A DNA stretch of 64,000 nt from Paraphysomonas bandaiensis (taxonomy: Eukaryota > Protista > Chrysophyceae): contig CBFFRP010000362.1 in assembly GCA_965644295.1 (NCBI GenBank), forward strand, positions 186,001-250,000, read 5' to 3'. Of this stretch, positions 53,001 to 64,000 are shown one piece after another (within the stretch, counting starts at the first letter, position 1; every line of letters starts with the position of its first letter). The translations under genes were made by a program, and so were the position numbers. The notes below the pieces were generated by a model, which was given only the letters and a program-made list of their open reading frames with translations, was not told where the DNA came from and ran no database searches.

Positions 53001-55296
53001 CTCGGAAGAATTACCACATAGCTCAGATTGCTGTCGTTAAATTACAAACAGTGACAAGGGGTTTCCTTGCTTGGAATTATCGGAAGAAGGTTATTGCATT
53101 GACTGCATTGTTACAGAGGCTATGGCGAGGAACTGTTGCGAGAATTAAGACTTATACCATTAGACAGAAACTGGTGTGTATGCCTTGGGTTGTGTGACTG
53201 TGTTTAAAAGGATGTTTTTATAGAAACAAGCACAGCTTGAAGCACAACGAAAAGCTGAAGAGGCCAAGGCAGATTTCATGGTATGTTACTATTCTTGAGT
53301 TAATATATTGCATCATGTTATAATCATTTGTGATTGGTACAGGCTAATTTGGACGTGAAACTGAAATCTAACCCGAACCTCTTGTTCGATATGCTTGGAG
53401 CTTCTGAGAAGATCGCTTTGTTAAGTCGACAATATGAGGCTCTCATGCATAGCAATCGAATGTTAGAGGCAGAGAACTCAGAGCTGCGAGAGCAATTGGG
53501 CAAGAAGACAAATGAGTTGGATGAGATGAAGTCGTTCATTCAAAACGCACGTCCTCCAAGTGCATCTAGTGTTAGCAGGCTATCTCCAGTGGAACCTGAC
53601 ATTCGACATAGAGCTGTGTCCAGAGACGAATCTTCCAGAGTACCTGCCGCTGTTAGTGTACCTACAGCGACAGATAATGATGACAGGAGTCAATCGCCAA
53701 TTCCCAGTGAACAGCCTGTTACCACGAATGACACCCCCACTTTCACCGGAGCCGACGGTATAGACTGCAAGACCCGTATACTACTTGCAGCTAGAGATGG
53801 AATCAATGAAATTTCCAACAACATTGATTTTATCAAAGAGCAGAAAGATGAGGTTACAGTGGAGATGGAGGCTGTTCAAAATGAGATGCGTGAATTGTCG
53901 GACGCGATACATGAGTTGCAAGTAAAGAAGTTGGGAGAAGAGAAGGAGTTGTCGAGTGTAAATGCTGTCCTTGGGTACGAGCAATCTGAGTTAATGCTTT
54001 CTGGAAAAAATGCATCCAATAATCTTCCCGAAGACCCCAAAGCACAAGCGGCATACTATCAGCTTCAGTTGGACACAATGCGCAAGAGGAAATCCACAAC
54101 TGAAAAATTGTTAGCATCTTTGCAATCTAGTCCGGATTTATATACTGCCGAAGACATTGATGTCACTCAGACTGCGTTAGCTGAAATTCTGTCTAAAATA
54201 GACGAACTAGAGAGAAATTACAAAGCCGCCTCTTCTAGCCCCGTGAAAACAAAGCCTCCAGCTGCTGGAGGAGAGAGTAACAGTGTGCGAGCAGCCACGC
54301 TGGATGCAAGCATTAGTGAGACAGAGAGTCAAATCAAAGAACTCACTGCTCGGCTTGAGGCTGCTAATGAATCTTTGGATGTTTTGAAAAAGCGAAATGA
54401 GATATTCGACGACGATATATCATCTGAAAATTTTGAACTTAATCGTTTGAATCAAGTTATACTATATCTAAGTCGGACGCAAGACGCTGAGGAAGCTCAA
54501 TCTCTTGTGCAAGACTCGGAGGCTATCATGACAGTGAAGGCATTACATCAGAAGAATGCGGCTCTGATGGATGAATTGAGTCGTGTGAAGGAGAGATTCT
54601 CCGCTGTTCTTGGGCGTATGGACACTTTCACTCTCGGAAATTTCCGATTGCAGATGCCCGATAGCTCACCGCCGGAAGAACCTACTCCAGGTTCATCTGT
54701 GGGGGCAACTGCTACAGCGTCTCCACGAGCCCATGTACCCTGGAGCCCGAGTTTTATTGGGTCTGTTAACTCTTGGTCGCGATCAGGTCGCCGGGAGATT
54801 GTCTTTATCGTTAGTGTGAGGGCTGTGGGGGACAAAATATCTGAGTGGACGATCATGAAAACTTTTAATGACTTCAAATCTCTGCGTTCGAAGCTTAAGG
54901 CCCTTAGTGCAGGTATGTGCTACACTGTATGCAGTATTATGTTGTATGGGCAACGTGATGTCAACACATGGATTTTATCACAGTTTACTTGCAATGTGTT
55001 AAGATATTCTCATTGGATTTTGAACGACAGATATTGACAATAGCTTCCCGATTGAGAAACACACCTTGTTTTCGATATCTAACGAAGTAGCGGAGTACCG
55101 CATGGAGGCCCTCAACACTTACCTTTTGTCTGTTTGTGGTTGCGAAAATATAATGGGGAGGTAATGTTTTACATCTTAGAGCTTTCTCTGTATACTCGTT
55201 TACTGACAATCTGTTTTTATATTTTTTAGTGAGCAGAGTAATCGGGCAGTTAAAGATTTTCTTCGAATTGAGGAGCATACAAGAAATAGACTATAG
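50022..55296 (+). CDS. Unconventional myosin: motor, IQ motifs, coiled coil and C-terminal PX domain (multi-exon)
   Basis: P-loop GESGAG|KT split by an intron, 'FGNAKTSRNNNSSRFGK', 'DIFGFE', 'HFIRCIKPN' and several IQ motifs. Spliced 3' exons give PX-like 'WTIMKTFNDFKSLRSKL...FPIEK...EYRMEALNTYL...VKDFL', with the stop at 55296. Confidence 0.9.
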
Positions 55297-56143
55297 TATT
55301 CACGTGATACTTAAACTCACATGTGTTCATTAGATAAATAGATTATAGTCGGTGTCTTGTTGAAGCATGTGAATTGCAATGTTACTTATATGATAGTAGC
55401 TACAACCACAAACGAAGTAAGTATTGAATTACTTCGCTCTTACTGTTGCGATTGGCATATATATATTTCCAGACATACACCTCCTAACACACCAGGCTGT
55501 CATGTAATGTCATCGAATGCCAAGAATTCTACATGTAGGTGCAAAACTCGCTCTTGTAATCGATCATTCACACATTTCTTTGTCCCCTTTTATCATTCAT
55601 ATCAACTCATGTAGAGGAGTTAATTATACTGCATATCCCTTTATAAATGTTCTAATATATATAGATTAGAAATAGCGACATCGGAGCAAAAAATTACTTT
55701 ATACTGAGATGCTAGTTACTTACTATACACTATATAGCAAAATGTAATACAAATCAGGAAATTCATCGACTCCAAATTTTATCACGTGTTGGTACAATAT
55801 AGAAATTTTATTCTATTCCCTCGAAGTCCTTTCGAGGTATTCTGGGAAGCTAACGTGAGCCGCAAACATAGTCAGAAGATATTGCTCTGCCCACTCATAG
55901 CCGAATGCTTGTGTGGTACAAGGTACAAGGGACTCGAATTAGTGTCGCTTGTGTATACATCTTTGGGGCCTGACGAATAACCAGGCATCCGGAAATGGGC
56001 CCACCTCAAGGGCATCCGGGACAGGGCCCACCTGATGGGTAACCGGGGTATTGGGCTACCTGCTGATGTCAAGCATTAGGGAAGACAAAAAACATCTGCA
56101 GACTGCAGATGTCAGGTATATCAACATTCTGCTTGCTCACTGA

Positions 56144-57102
56144 GTAACGCTGTGGCGTTCAACTATACTCCCACCTTTCTTGCGTAACTGCTGAGGAACA
56201 ATTGCAGCACGGCTGCACATTACCCTGTCTCTCACCTCTCTTTCTCATAGTTGCTCTTAATATGAACGGTCCATAGGACTTCCACACAATAATCCCAAAT
56301 GACAAGTCAAGCAAAATCTCGTCTTGATGAATCTTCTAGTAGAAAATGCTCCGTGATACCACATGCTCCCGATCTCCTCATCATAATATCTGTTGAAAAT
56401 CTCTAGCTACTCAAACTCAAAGTGCAATGTAGAAGATTCCGGAGTACGAGAGTCATTGCTCCATGCACACCGAAAATACAGAGCCATTCTGCCGAAGTTG
56501 CATCTAGAGGCTCTGTAACAGCCCAAATTGTGAATCAACACTTCTCTAGCTGCAGATAGAAGGAATTAGATATCAATATAGTGCATTCATATTCATCCAT
56601 ACCTTCTGCTATCTCTAAATGTATGTGTATTACCATCTATATTCATCGTCACACTCTTATCACCTGCATACTGTATGGCATATAGTACTCGTGCTTGTAT
56701 AAGATCCAAGTCTTGTCATAAGCACGGTCTGCATGTATACATGACATGAATATGACGTTTGTATAGTATACGTACACATTATTGTATCACCTGAGGGTCC
56801 ATTCATCTTGTCATGAGGCCATTGGTACTCTCTGTGTGGTCTTCATATTCCTGTAGAGCGCAGCGGACTCTAACTTCTCGTGTTCATGATGTTTGGCGCT
56901 GTGACTTGCGTCATACATCTGTCATTATGGACTTGACTAGTGTGCCAAGTGTCATCGTCTATATCTTCCTGGTTATGGAGCGTTGGCATGTATCTACAAT
57001 GAGCGTTAAGAGCATCATCATCTTCAGTCTCTTCTCAACTGTTGTTTTTACACAGCAGTTACGCAAGAGAGGTGGGAGTATAGTTGAACGCCACAGCGTT
57101 AC
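56144..57102. mobile_element. Putative TIR element or inverted duplication: 50-bp inverted repeats (56144-56193 / 57053-57102) enclosing decayed intron-containing sequence
   Basis: gtaacgctgtggcgttcaactatactcccacctttcttgcgtaactgctg matches its reverse-complement partner at 49/50 positions. No clean TSD. Confidence 0.55.
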
Positions 57103-57126
57103 AACTGCGCTTGCTTTGAGTGATAG

Positions 57127-57305
57127 AGCGGAGGTGGTTTCACCTTGGTGCTTGTGGCGACGCACAAGCAGCTTCCATAGCGTTAAATAGTAGGATAATA
57201 GAGTTTGTATTAGTTAGTTACAGGTAGACGTCTCTCTAGCTTGACTAGTTTTCATCTAGTTACAAAGCTGGTGCTGATTCTCAGCTGTGATTGCTAATAA
57301 TAAGA
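57127..57305 (+). repeat. Dispersed repeat family R1, copy 3
   Basis: agcggaggtggtttcaccttggtgcttgtggcgacgcacaagcagcttccatagcgttaaatagtaggataataga...attgctaataataaga. Confidence 0.8.
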
Positions 57306-57853
57306 TATATGATATATTTTACTCTATTGCAACGGCAGAATGAGTCTACTACATACAATAATTCTAATAAAAATATCAATATGGAATATATTTCATTCCA
57401 CCATGTGGACAATGGACAACTATAGTAGAAGTATGAGCCGACTTCATATAGACTACATTAAGGTTTTATACTATTTTGTTTAATAAAGAGCTTCTTATAC
57501 CGACATCAAACCAACTAAATTTGAATTATACTCTGGATCCACTATGATCCACTATGTACACACATGTACTGAATATCGTTAAATCATACTGTTGATTCAT
57601 TACTTAGTTGAGTGAATACAAGGCTAGGTAGTAAACAACTACCTAAACTGCATTCATAATGATAACAAGTTAAAAGGAAAAACTGGTGTGAGTACAATGA
57701 GCCACAACCACAGCTCTCTCACACTTGAGTGCAAGGAGCTCTAAACACAACAAGTACGACGCAATAACCACATGTGAAAATAAAATATAAAATATGAGCA
57801 TCACAATTGGAGTTAGTAGAGAGGTACGTATGTACATAAATACATAAAAAGTG

Positions 57854-59068
57854 CTAAGATGTTTCATCATAAAGTTCGTCTTCTTGTTGCCTCTTATATT
57901 TTGCTGTCAAAACATTTTTCCGCATAGAGACCCGAGATCTCTGTTTCTTTACGGGAGGCAAAAACTTTACTTTAGGTGACCGAAGAGGTTCCGCAGTAGA
58001 CTTCTTTCTTTTCTTTTTCTTTTTCCGTTTACTCCTTCTTTCTTCGTCGCAATTTTCCTTATCAGTCCGCTTGTCTTCTTCTGCCGCTGACTGGAGTCGA
58101 GTCAAGGTTCGCTTGATAGTCTCCGGTACCTCTTCCGGTGCATCAGGAAGTACCTCTCCGAGTGCAGGTGCAGGTGTCGGTGCCGGTGCAACACTGGCAT
58201 TTTGACGAGCGAGAATTTTCTTTCCTGCTGAATCAGTGGTGGTTTGGTTCTTCTGTGTATTTTCTGTACCCTCGTTAGCTTGCCGTTCTGAAAAGGTGAT
58301 ATCATTCAACTCTTCGCCTTCTCTGTTCAGCAGCTCAAGCGCTCTCTTTCGCTCTACACGCTGATAATATTCCCTTGTGACTTTAACAATGTAATTAGGA
58401 GCTAGTTGGTCCCCACTATTCCAACGGTCACATTGGAGTCTTTCCCAGAAACTTAATCCGAATAGTTCACACCGAAGTCGGTACTGTAACGCAATCAGGG
58501 GCGCGCATATGGCGGGGTTCTTGCGTGCCCAGTCCATAAACTGCATTACATTAATCTTCTTCCCCATTTTTCGGAGGTCTTCAACGAGTTTACGTACAGC
58601 ATTGTTTTTCTCGTAACTCTTGTTATGAATCGTTTCGATCATATGTCTGATCTCTGCATACTCAAGAGTACCGCTTCCATCATCATCAAACAGATAGAAC
58701 GCTAATTGAGGCAGAGATTCTGACTCTAAACTGAGCAGATTCCATATAGAACAAGCGAACTCACAGAAGTTAAGTCGTCCTCGTTTGTCCATATCACACA
58801 GTCTGAATATGCGTCTGTTGATCTCGCTGTCCTCTATACGAAACACTGCAAAGAACTCATCTTGAGATACTGCTCCTGATGAGTCGAGATCAACCTCACG
58901 GAATGCCGTGTATAGTTTTCTAATATCAGAGTCTTTGAGGTGAAGAGAGTGGAGCGTGTCGAGTGCGATGTCGTCTCTGCCCTCTATATGAGGGTCGAAT
59001 ACACGGGGAGACACAGCACACAGACACAGACACATACATCGACAACAACGGACACAATATGCCCCCAT
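57854..59068 (-). CDS. EF-hand calcium-binding protein (calcineurin-B/recoverin-like) with a probably acylated N-terminus
   Basis: EF loops DLDSSGAVSQDE, DMDKRGRLNFCE and DDDGSGTLEYAE. MG start followed by a Cys cluster; basic C-terminal tail. Confidence 0.85.
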   Translation of the reverse strand: MGAYCVRCCRCMCLCLCAVSPRVFDPHIEGRDDIALDTLHSLHLKDSDIRKLYTAFREVDLDSSGAVSQDEFFAVFRIEDSEINRRIFRLCDMDKRGRLNFCEFACSIWNLLSLESESLPQLAFYLFDDDGSGTLEYAEIRHMIETIHNKSYEKNNAVRKLVEDLRKMGKKINVMQFMDWARKNPAICAPLIALQYRLRCELFGLSFWERLQCDRWNSGDQLAPNYIVKVTREYYQRVERKRALELLNREGEELNDITFSERQANEGTENTQKNQTTTDSAGKKILARQNASVAPAPTPAPALGEVLPDAPEEVPETIKRTLTRLQSAAEEDKRTDKENCDEERRSKRKKKKKRKKSTAEPLRSPKVKFLPPVKKQRSRVSMRKNVLTAKYKRQQEDELYDETS

Positions 59069-59436
59069 AATGAGGTGAGGTTTACATCCTAGAGGTCAGG
59101 AGGAGGGGGATAGTATGTCTTTGGCTCATCCAGATGTACGCAGATGTCTCCATGTATGTATATGCTATGGGCATGTTACACACACTCACACACTGTCCAG
59201 TACATGCCAGTCCTCCAGGTACCCGTATCGGCATCCTTTGTATATTTTTGTTCAAATATGCCTTTAGTATTGAGACAATAATTATCTGTATTCTAGTCGT
59301 AGTTGTATTGCAGTAATGAAGAGGATATTTGCTTCAATTTATTCCCGAAAAATAAGATGCTGACTGCCCATACGCCGTTGTATGAATGCAGAAGTATGTC
59401 TAACTACTGCGGTACCCCAGTACGTTTCGCAGTATG

Positions 59437-60208
59437 TCCCTGTACCCCACAACCTTCTCCCTGTACCCCACAACCTTCTCCCTGTACCCCACAACCTTCT
59501 CCCTGTACCCAAGTACTATCTCCCCGTACCCCACAACCTTCTCCCTGTACCCAAGTACTATCTCCCCGTACCCCACAACCTTCTCCCTGTACCCAAGTAC
59601 TATCTCCCCGTACCCCACAACCTTCTCCCTGTACCCAAGTACTATCTCCCCGTACCCCACAACCTTCTCCCTGTACCCAAGTACTTCTCCCTGTACCCCA
59701 CAACCTTCTCCCTGTACCCCACAGCCTTCTCCCTGTACCCAAGTACTATCTCCCCGTACCCCACAACCTTCTCCCTGTACCCAAGTACTTCTCCCTGTAC
59801 CCCACAACCTTCTCCCTGTACCCAAGTACTTCTCCCTGTACCCCACAACCTTCTCCCTGTACCCAAGTACTTCTCCCTGTACCCAAGTACTTCTCCCTGT
59901 ACCCAAGTACTTCTCCCTGTACCCAAGTACTTCTCCCTGTACCCAAGTACTTCTCCCTGTACCCAAGTACTATCTCCCCGTACCCCACAAGCTTCTCCCT
60001 GTACCCAAGTACTTCTCCCTGTACCCCACAACCTTCTCCCTGTACCCAAGTACTTCTCCCTGTACCCCACAACCTTCTCCCTGTACCCAAGTACTTGTCC
60101 CTGTACCCAAGTACTTCTCCCTGTACCCAAGTACTTCTCCCTGTACCCAAGTACTATCTCCCCGTACCCCACAACCTTCTCCCTGTACCCAAGTACTATC
60201 TCCCCGTA
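59437..60208. repeat. Compound minisatellite of 20-21-bp variants (ctccctgtaccccacaacctt / ctccctgtacccaagtactt / ctccctgtacccaagtactat / ctccccgtaccccacaacctt)
   Basis: Directly visible tandem array between two divergent genes. Confidence 0.95.
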
Positions 60209-60383
60209 CTGCTGTACCTCTGCACTGCATGCTGCATGTAGTAGTGCTGTAGTTTATCCATACATCTCTATGCATTCATCACACTGGCATGCAGCTATGC
60301 ATATATCTGTATATCCAGTTACTCACTAACTCATCTAATCACAACCACCCAGCAACAGCAGCACCCCTCCCCGTCCCTCTATC

Positions 60384-62352
60384 ATGGGTCTTGCCCAGGT
60401 GGTGGTAGTAATGATCGTTCTATTGAGCGTATCATTTATAGTGGTTGTTATTAACTGGCGAGATCTGTCTCATGACTCCAACAACCCCCTTATACGAGAA
60501 CACGCGGCTCTTACCTCCATGATACAAAACAAAAGAAATGAAATCATTATGACAGGCTATCAGGAGACAGGAGGAGCAGCAGAGGAAAGACAAGGAAGTG
60601 TTGTTAATGAGCCAATAGAGGAGAAACAGGAAGTCAATCGTCATGAGCTACCAGGAGCTTCTATGCACAGAATTCTCTCTTTGAGCGATGATGAGATCGA
60701 GTCTATACAGATAAGTGAGATGATGAGTTGGTATGGTGAGGCTGATGGGGGAAAGACGTGCCCAGATGATTTCGGAAATCAGTTAGTGCGACGATGGAGA
60801 GATACTCGCAAAACGTATTGCGAGTCATCGGGATATATCGACGGGGCCACAGTGGGTTCAAAACAAGCCATCGACCCCTCTGTGGAATGTTATCCTGTCA
60901 AGCAAACGCGACATCACGGTGTCTGTGACAACTTGTGTGTGATGAAGGATGTGTCCATTAATGTTGGCATATTTGGGAATGATAATGCAATGTACCCAGT
61001 GGTGGAACACTACGCGAAGACGAAGCACAGAGACTTGCCGTACGTAAAGTTTCCAAAGGGATTTGTGCGATCGACCTGTTCTCCAGTTACATCCTGGTGG
61101 AAACGAGATTTTCTGCCAGGGTGGAATGCGGATTTGACAGTGGGAGCTACAGAAATAGTAAGTGCGAGTGGATTGGAGAAAGCTTACGCCTGCTCGGAGT
61201 GGGTAGAACATCCAGTGCTATTTCTGCAGAGGGACACCTTTGCGAATTTTTTCCATGATAGTGAAGACTTTGTGAATGTGTTTCTAGCTCTCGCAATTCT
61301 TGAGTGGAGCCGTGGGGACTCGCAGATAATACTCACAGATCTCTATCCAGAGGGACCGTTTTGGTGAGAATGTAGTATACCAATATGATTAGGTAGCGTC
61401 ATATTATTCTTAGGGACATATGGAGCCGGGTTTATTCTCCCGCTACTGGTGATGATGTGGCGAAGAAACATGTCATGACGGCATGGGACTTGCGCAAGAA
61501 GTACGGGTCCGACCCCTCTCGACGGGTCTGCTTCAGAAAGGCTGCCGTGGGAATATATGGTCCAGCTGCTCCAATAACTGTTGCCTCGTGGAATACTCCT
61601 TGCTCTCGTACAGCGTACGTACTTCATGCAATGACACATATTACCGCTGATATTTATTCAGTCTTGTACGGGCCTACTCTGACTTTGTGATTCGGGGACT
61701 GAACCTTCAGAGTCATACACATTATGCGAGAAGCCAACCCGATCGTACTATCACAATCACGGTAAGCTTTGGCTTGTCATTTGAAGTAGTTTTATGTTGG
61801 ATACGTAGTACATGGCGCGACGGCCGTACTCAGAGTGGCCTGAAGCGAAGTTCTGCAATGACGACACATCATTCTTCAAGTGCGAGTATTGGGCACACAT
61901 GGGAGGTAGAGCCATTGGCCGCATGATCTCTAATGATGCAAGCTTTGTGGACGCACTTAAAAACCTGGAGAGTGGCAACTATAATGGGAAAACAGTGAAG
62001 TTTCTGAATGTAGATTACAACAAGTTATCGTTTGAGGAGCAGATCAAGATCGATCTCCAAACCGACATAATGGTAATAGGGTATTGGGTGAGTGTTTTGA
62101 TCTATGCTCATTCTAATGTTATAGATCGGTCCTCATGGAGCTGGACTAATGCACAATATATTCATGAGAGATCGAGCTGTACTCATTGAGTTGTCAGTGG
62201 ATGGGTCAAGTGTAAACAGACACTTTCACAACCTTGCCCATTGGTTTGGGCGGACGTATTACGGCGTTCCATGTAGTAACCCTATCGATATTCCCCGTAT
62301 TCTTGGGATAGTTAGGAATGCTATTGATAGTATAGATGTCGAGAAATATTGA
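60384..62352 (+). CDS. GT61-family glycosyltransferase (EOGT-like), type II membrane, multi-exon
   Basis: N-terminal TM segment; 'NFFHDSEDFVNVF'; spliced 'LSFEEQIKIDLQTDIMIGPHGAGLMHNIFMRDRAVLIEL'. Confidence 0.85.
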
Positions 62353-62979
62353 TGACAAATAATTGTTGTGATGTGAGTGTTTGATGTCACGCCAGTTTAT
62401 CACACATTCGGCTTCAATATTAGGAAAATGAAGAATAGACCTGAGTGGCGATGGTGGCTGGCCAAGTGGAGTAGTAAATAACTATTGAATATTTAAGAGA
62501 CAATATTGTCTGTTGCATCTCCTAAATATTAATATTCGTTTATTATTTATATGAGATCACTCCAGAAGTTGGACGACTGTTTACTACAGTTTATATTTTA
62601 TATACATCCTTACTTATATAAGTGACCTGGAATAAGTGTTTTTCAACAGATGCAAACCTTAAATGAAGATTACAACTCACAATATAATTTATATTTATTC
62701 TAGTTTAATTTATATTTCATTATAGCCTTGCCCATTTGCCAAATTGCATCGTAATTCTAAATTCTAATAGTTTCAATTCATTGTTTCCTAAATATTTTAG
62801 TTTCTAATTTATTCACACGCATTATCCTGCTACGCATTTTCTTACATTGTAAGCACTAGGCTAGTATTTTATATATATTATGTTATATATTACTAGTATG
62901 AAATACATAATACATATAAATCCTAAATATATACAAAATATTTGTCACTAAGAAAGAGAATAAGAATACATATATGCGA

Positions 62980-64000
62980 CTATATGTCTGGAAAAGTATG
63001 CGCGGACACTAAATAGTCAATAAGGTTGAATAACCCTATCGCAGCTGCACATTTTGAAGCCTTCCTAAATCCGTCACCATATACAGGAGAAGGGTCAGTT
63101 TCTATCTGGTATTTAAAGTATCGCCGTAGTTTTTGCTCCCAAGTATGGGGGTCATCCGAAGCGATTCCAGCTGTAGAATTTAATTGTAGGCTATCTAAAT
63201 ACTTGTGGGCAACAAGTTGACACATCCCTTCCTCCACTTGTAGTGGTAAATCTAAAACAGGGGCACCTCTACCACCGGGTGACTCCTCTCTCAGTTTGAA
63301 CCAAACGTGCATGGCTTCGTGTGCAAGTATAGAAGCGGTGAGATCTCTTGGAAGACCACAGAGCACGAGCACAGCTGTTACTGAGCAAGTGCGCGATAAG
63401 GACATAGTGTCAAACGAGCCTTGTGATGGTCTTGACATCCAACCCCAATTACCGGGCTGTACATAGCGTACTTGACTAATGGTGGTAAGTGTCAACCCTC
63501 TCGTCAATGCACTGCTATATCCCCCATCATTGGACGACAATTTCCCATGCTGGGGTGTGGGGTGTGCTCCAGGGCAACTACGTTGATTGAGCTTGTATTG
63601 CTCGTTCAGCGAAGGTAGGTCTACAGACAACACAGGTACCTCCTTCATTTGTTTGGGTATCGGCAAGCCAAGATCTCTTTCCATGAATCCCAAAACTTCG
63701 TCATATAGGGGTCTAGCTTCTGATGAGTCAAGTACTAGCAGATTAGTGCACTGCCAACAGACTAACCTGCCGTCCGGTAAGGTAGGAAATGGTTCGCCGT
63801 AAGACGCCAATGGCTGTATCATATTACATGAGAAACAGTTCTGAGTTGCCCCCATATGAGTAACACAATACTTTTGATCACCATGAAAGAAACCATGTGT
63901 CAAATACTGTTTATTGACTAAACTATCACCACATAGATCACACTTTACACCAAATAATTCAGAGTGACATTCCACATGATAGTACTGTTCAGAATTCTGA
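62980..64000 (-). CDS. DA1/DAR-like LIM plus zinc metallopeptidase, 5'-truncated by the window edge
   Basis: LIM-like Cys/His pattern, 'TRGLTL', 'VTAVLVLCGLPRDLTASILAHEAMHVW' (HExxH), 'VEEGMCQ', 'QIETDPSPVYGDGFR'. Confidence 0.9.
   Translation of the reverse strand, partial: QNSEQYYHVECHSELFGVKCDLCGDSLVNKQYLTHGFFHGDQKYCVTHMGATQNCFSCNMIQPLASYGEPFPTLPDGRLVCWQCTNLLVLDSSEARPLYDEVLGFMERDLGLPIPKQMKEVPVLSVDLPSLNEQYKLNQRSCPGAHPTPQHGKLSSNDGGYSSALTRGLTLTTISQVRYVQPGNWGWMSRPSQGSFDTMSLSRTCSVTAVLVLCGLPRDLTASILAHEAMHVWFKLREESPGGRGAPVLDLPLQVEEGMCQLVAHKYLDSLQLNSTAGIASDDPHTWEQKLRRYFKYQIETDPSPVYGDGFRKASKCAAAIGLFNLIDYLVSAHTFPDI

Noticed and set aside
59303-60329. Long overlapping ORFs on both strands
   Set aside because: They are by-products of a stop-free tandem repeat whose mixed 20/21-bp units shift frame.

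Overview
A 64-kb eukaryotic, gene-dense window with short (~50 bp) GT-AG introns, most likely from a flagellated protist (a stramenopile/chrysophyte-like assignment is inferred from gene content, not proven). About 14 host genes can be assembled: a helical-repeat protein (partial), mitochondrial uS17, an alpha/beta hydrolase, a ~4,100-aa dynein-heavy-chain-like protein, a PH-like/IQ coiled-coil protein, GCP2, a TPR-TMEM33/Pom33 fusion, a RIOK3-like kinase, a multi-domain glycosyltransferase, an FKBP with a CysRS-like domain, a myosin-PX, an EF-hand protein, a GT61 enzyme and a DA1-like peptidase (partial). Five gene pairs are arranged head-to-head. Two signals stand out. First, an intact dynein heavy chain that appears to lack the stalk/microtubule-binding domain and the AAA1 catalytic residues, i.e. 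a candidate pseudo-motor. Second, a nested-element island at ~40.5-47.6 kb containing two 285-bp terminal-inverted-repeat elements with reciprocally swapped 5-bp target duplications (cccca-E-gttat ... gttat-E-cccca), the expected signature of an integrated circle or cointegrate. That cargo carries a pseudogene with an end-duplicated inversion. The island also holds a 9-bp-TSD Mutator-like element with an internal minisatellite and a CACTA-like MITE. No rRNA, tRNA or CRISPR array was recognised. All family assignments come from motif recognition by eye; no searches were run.
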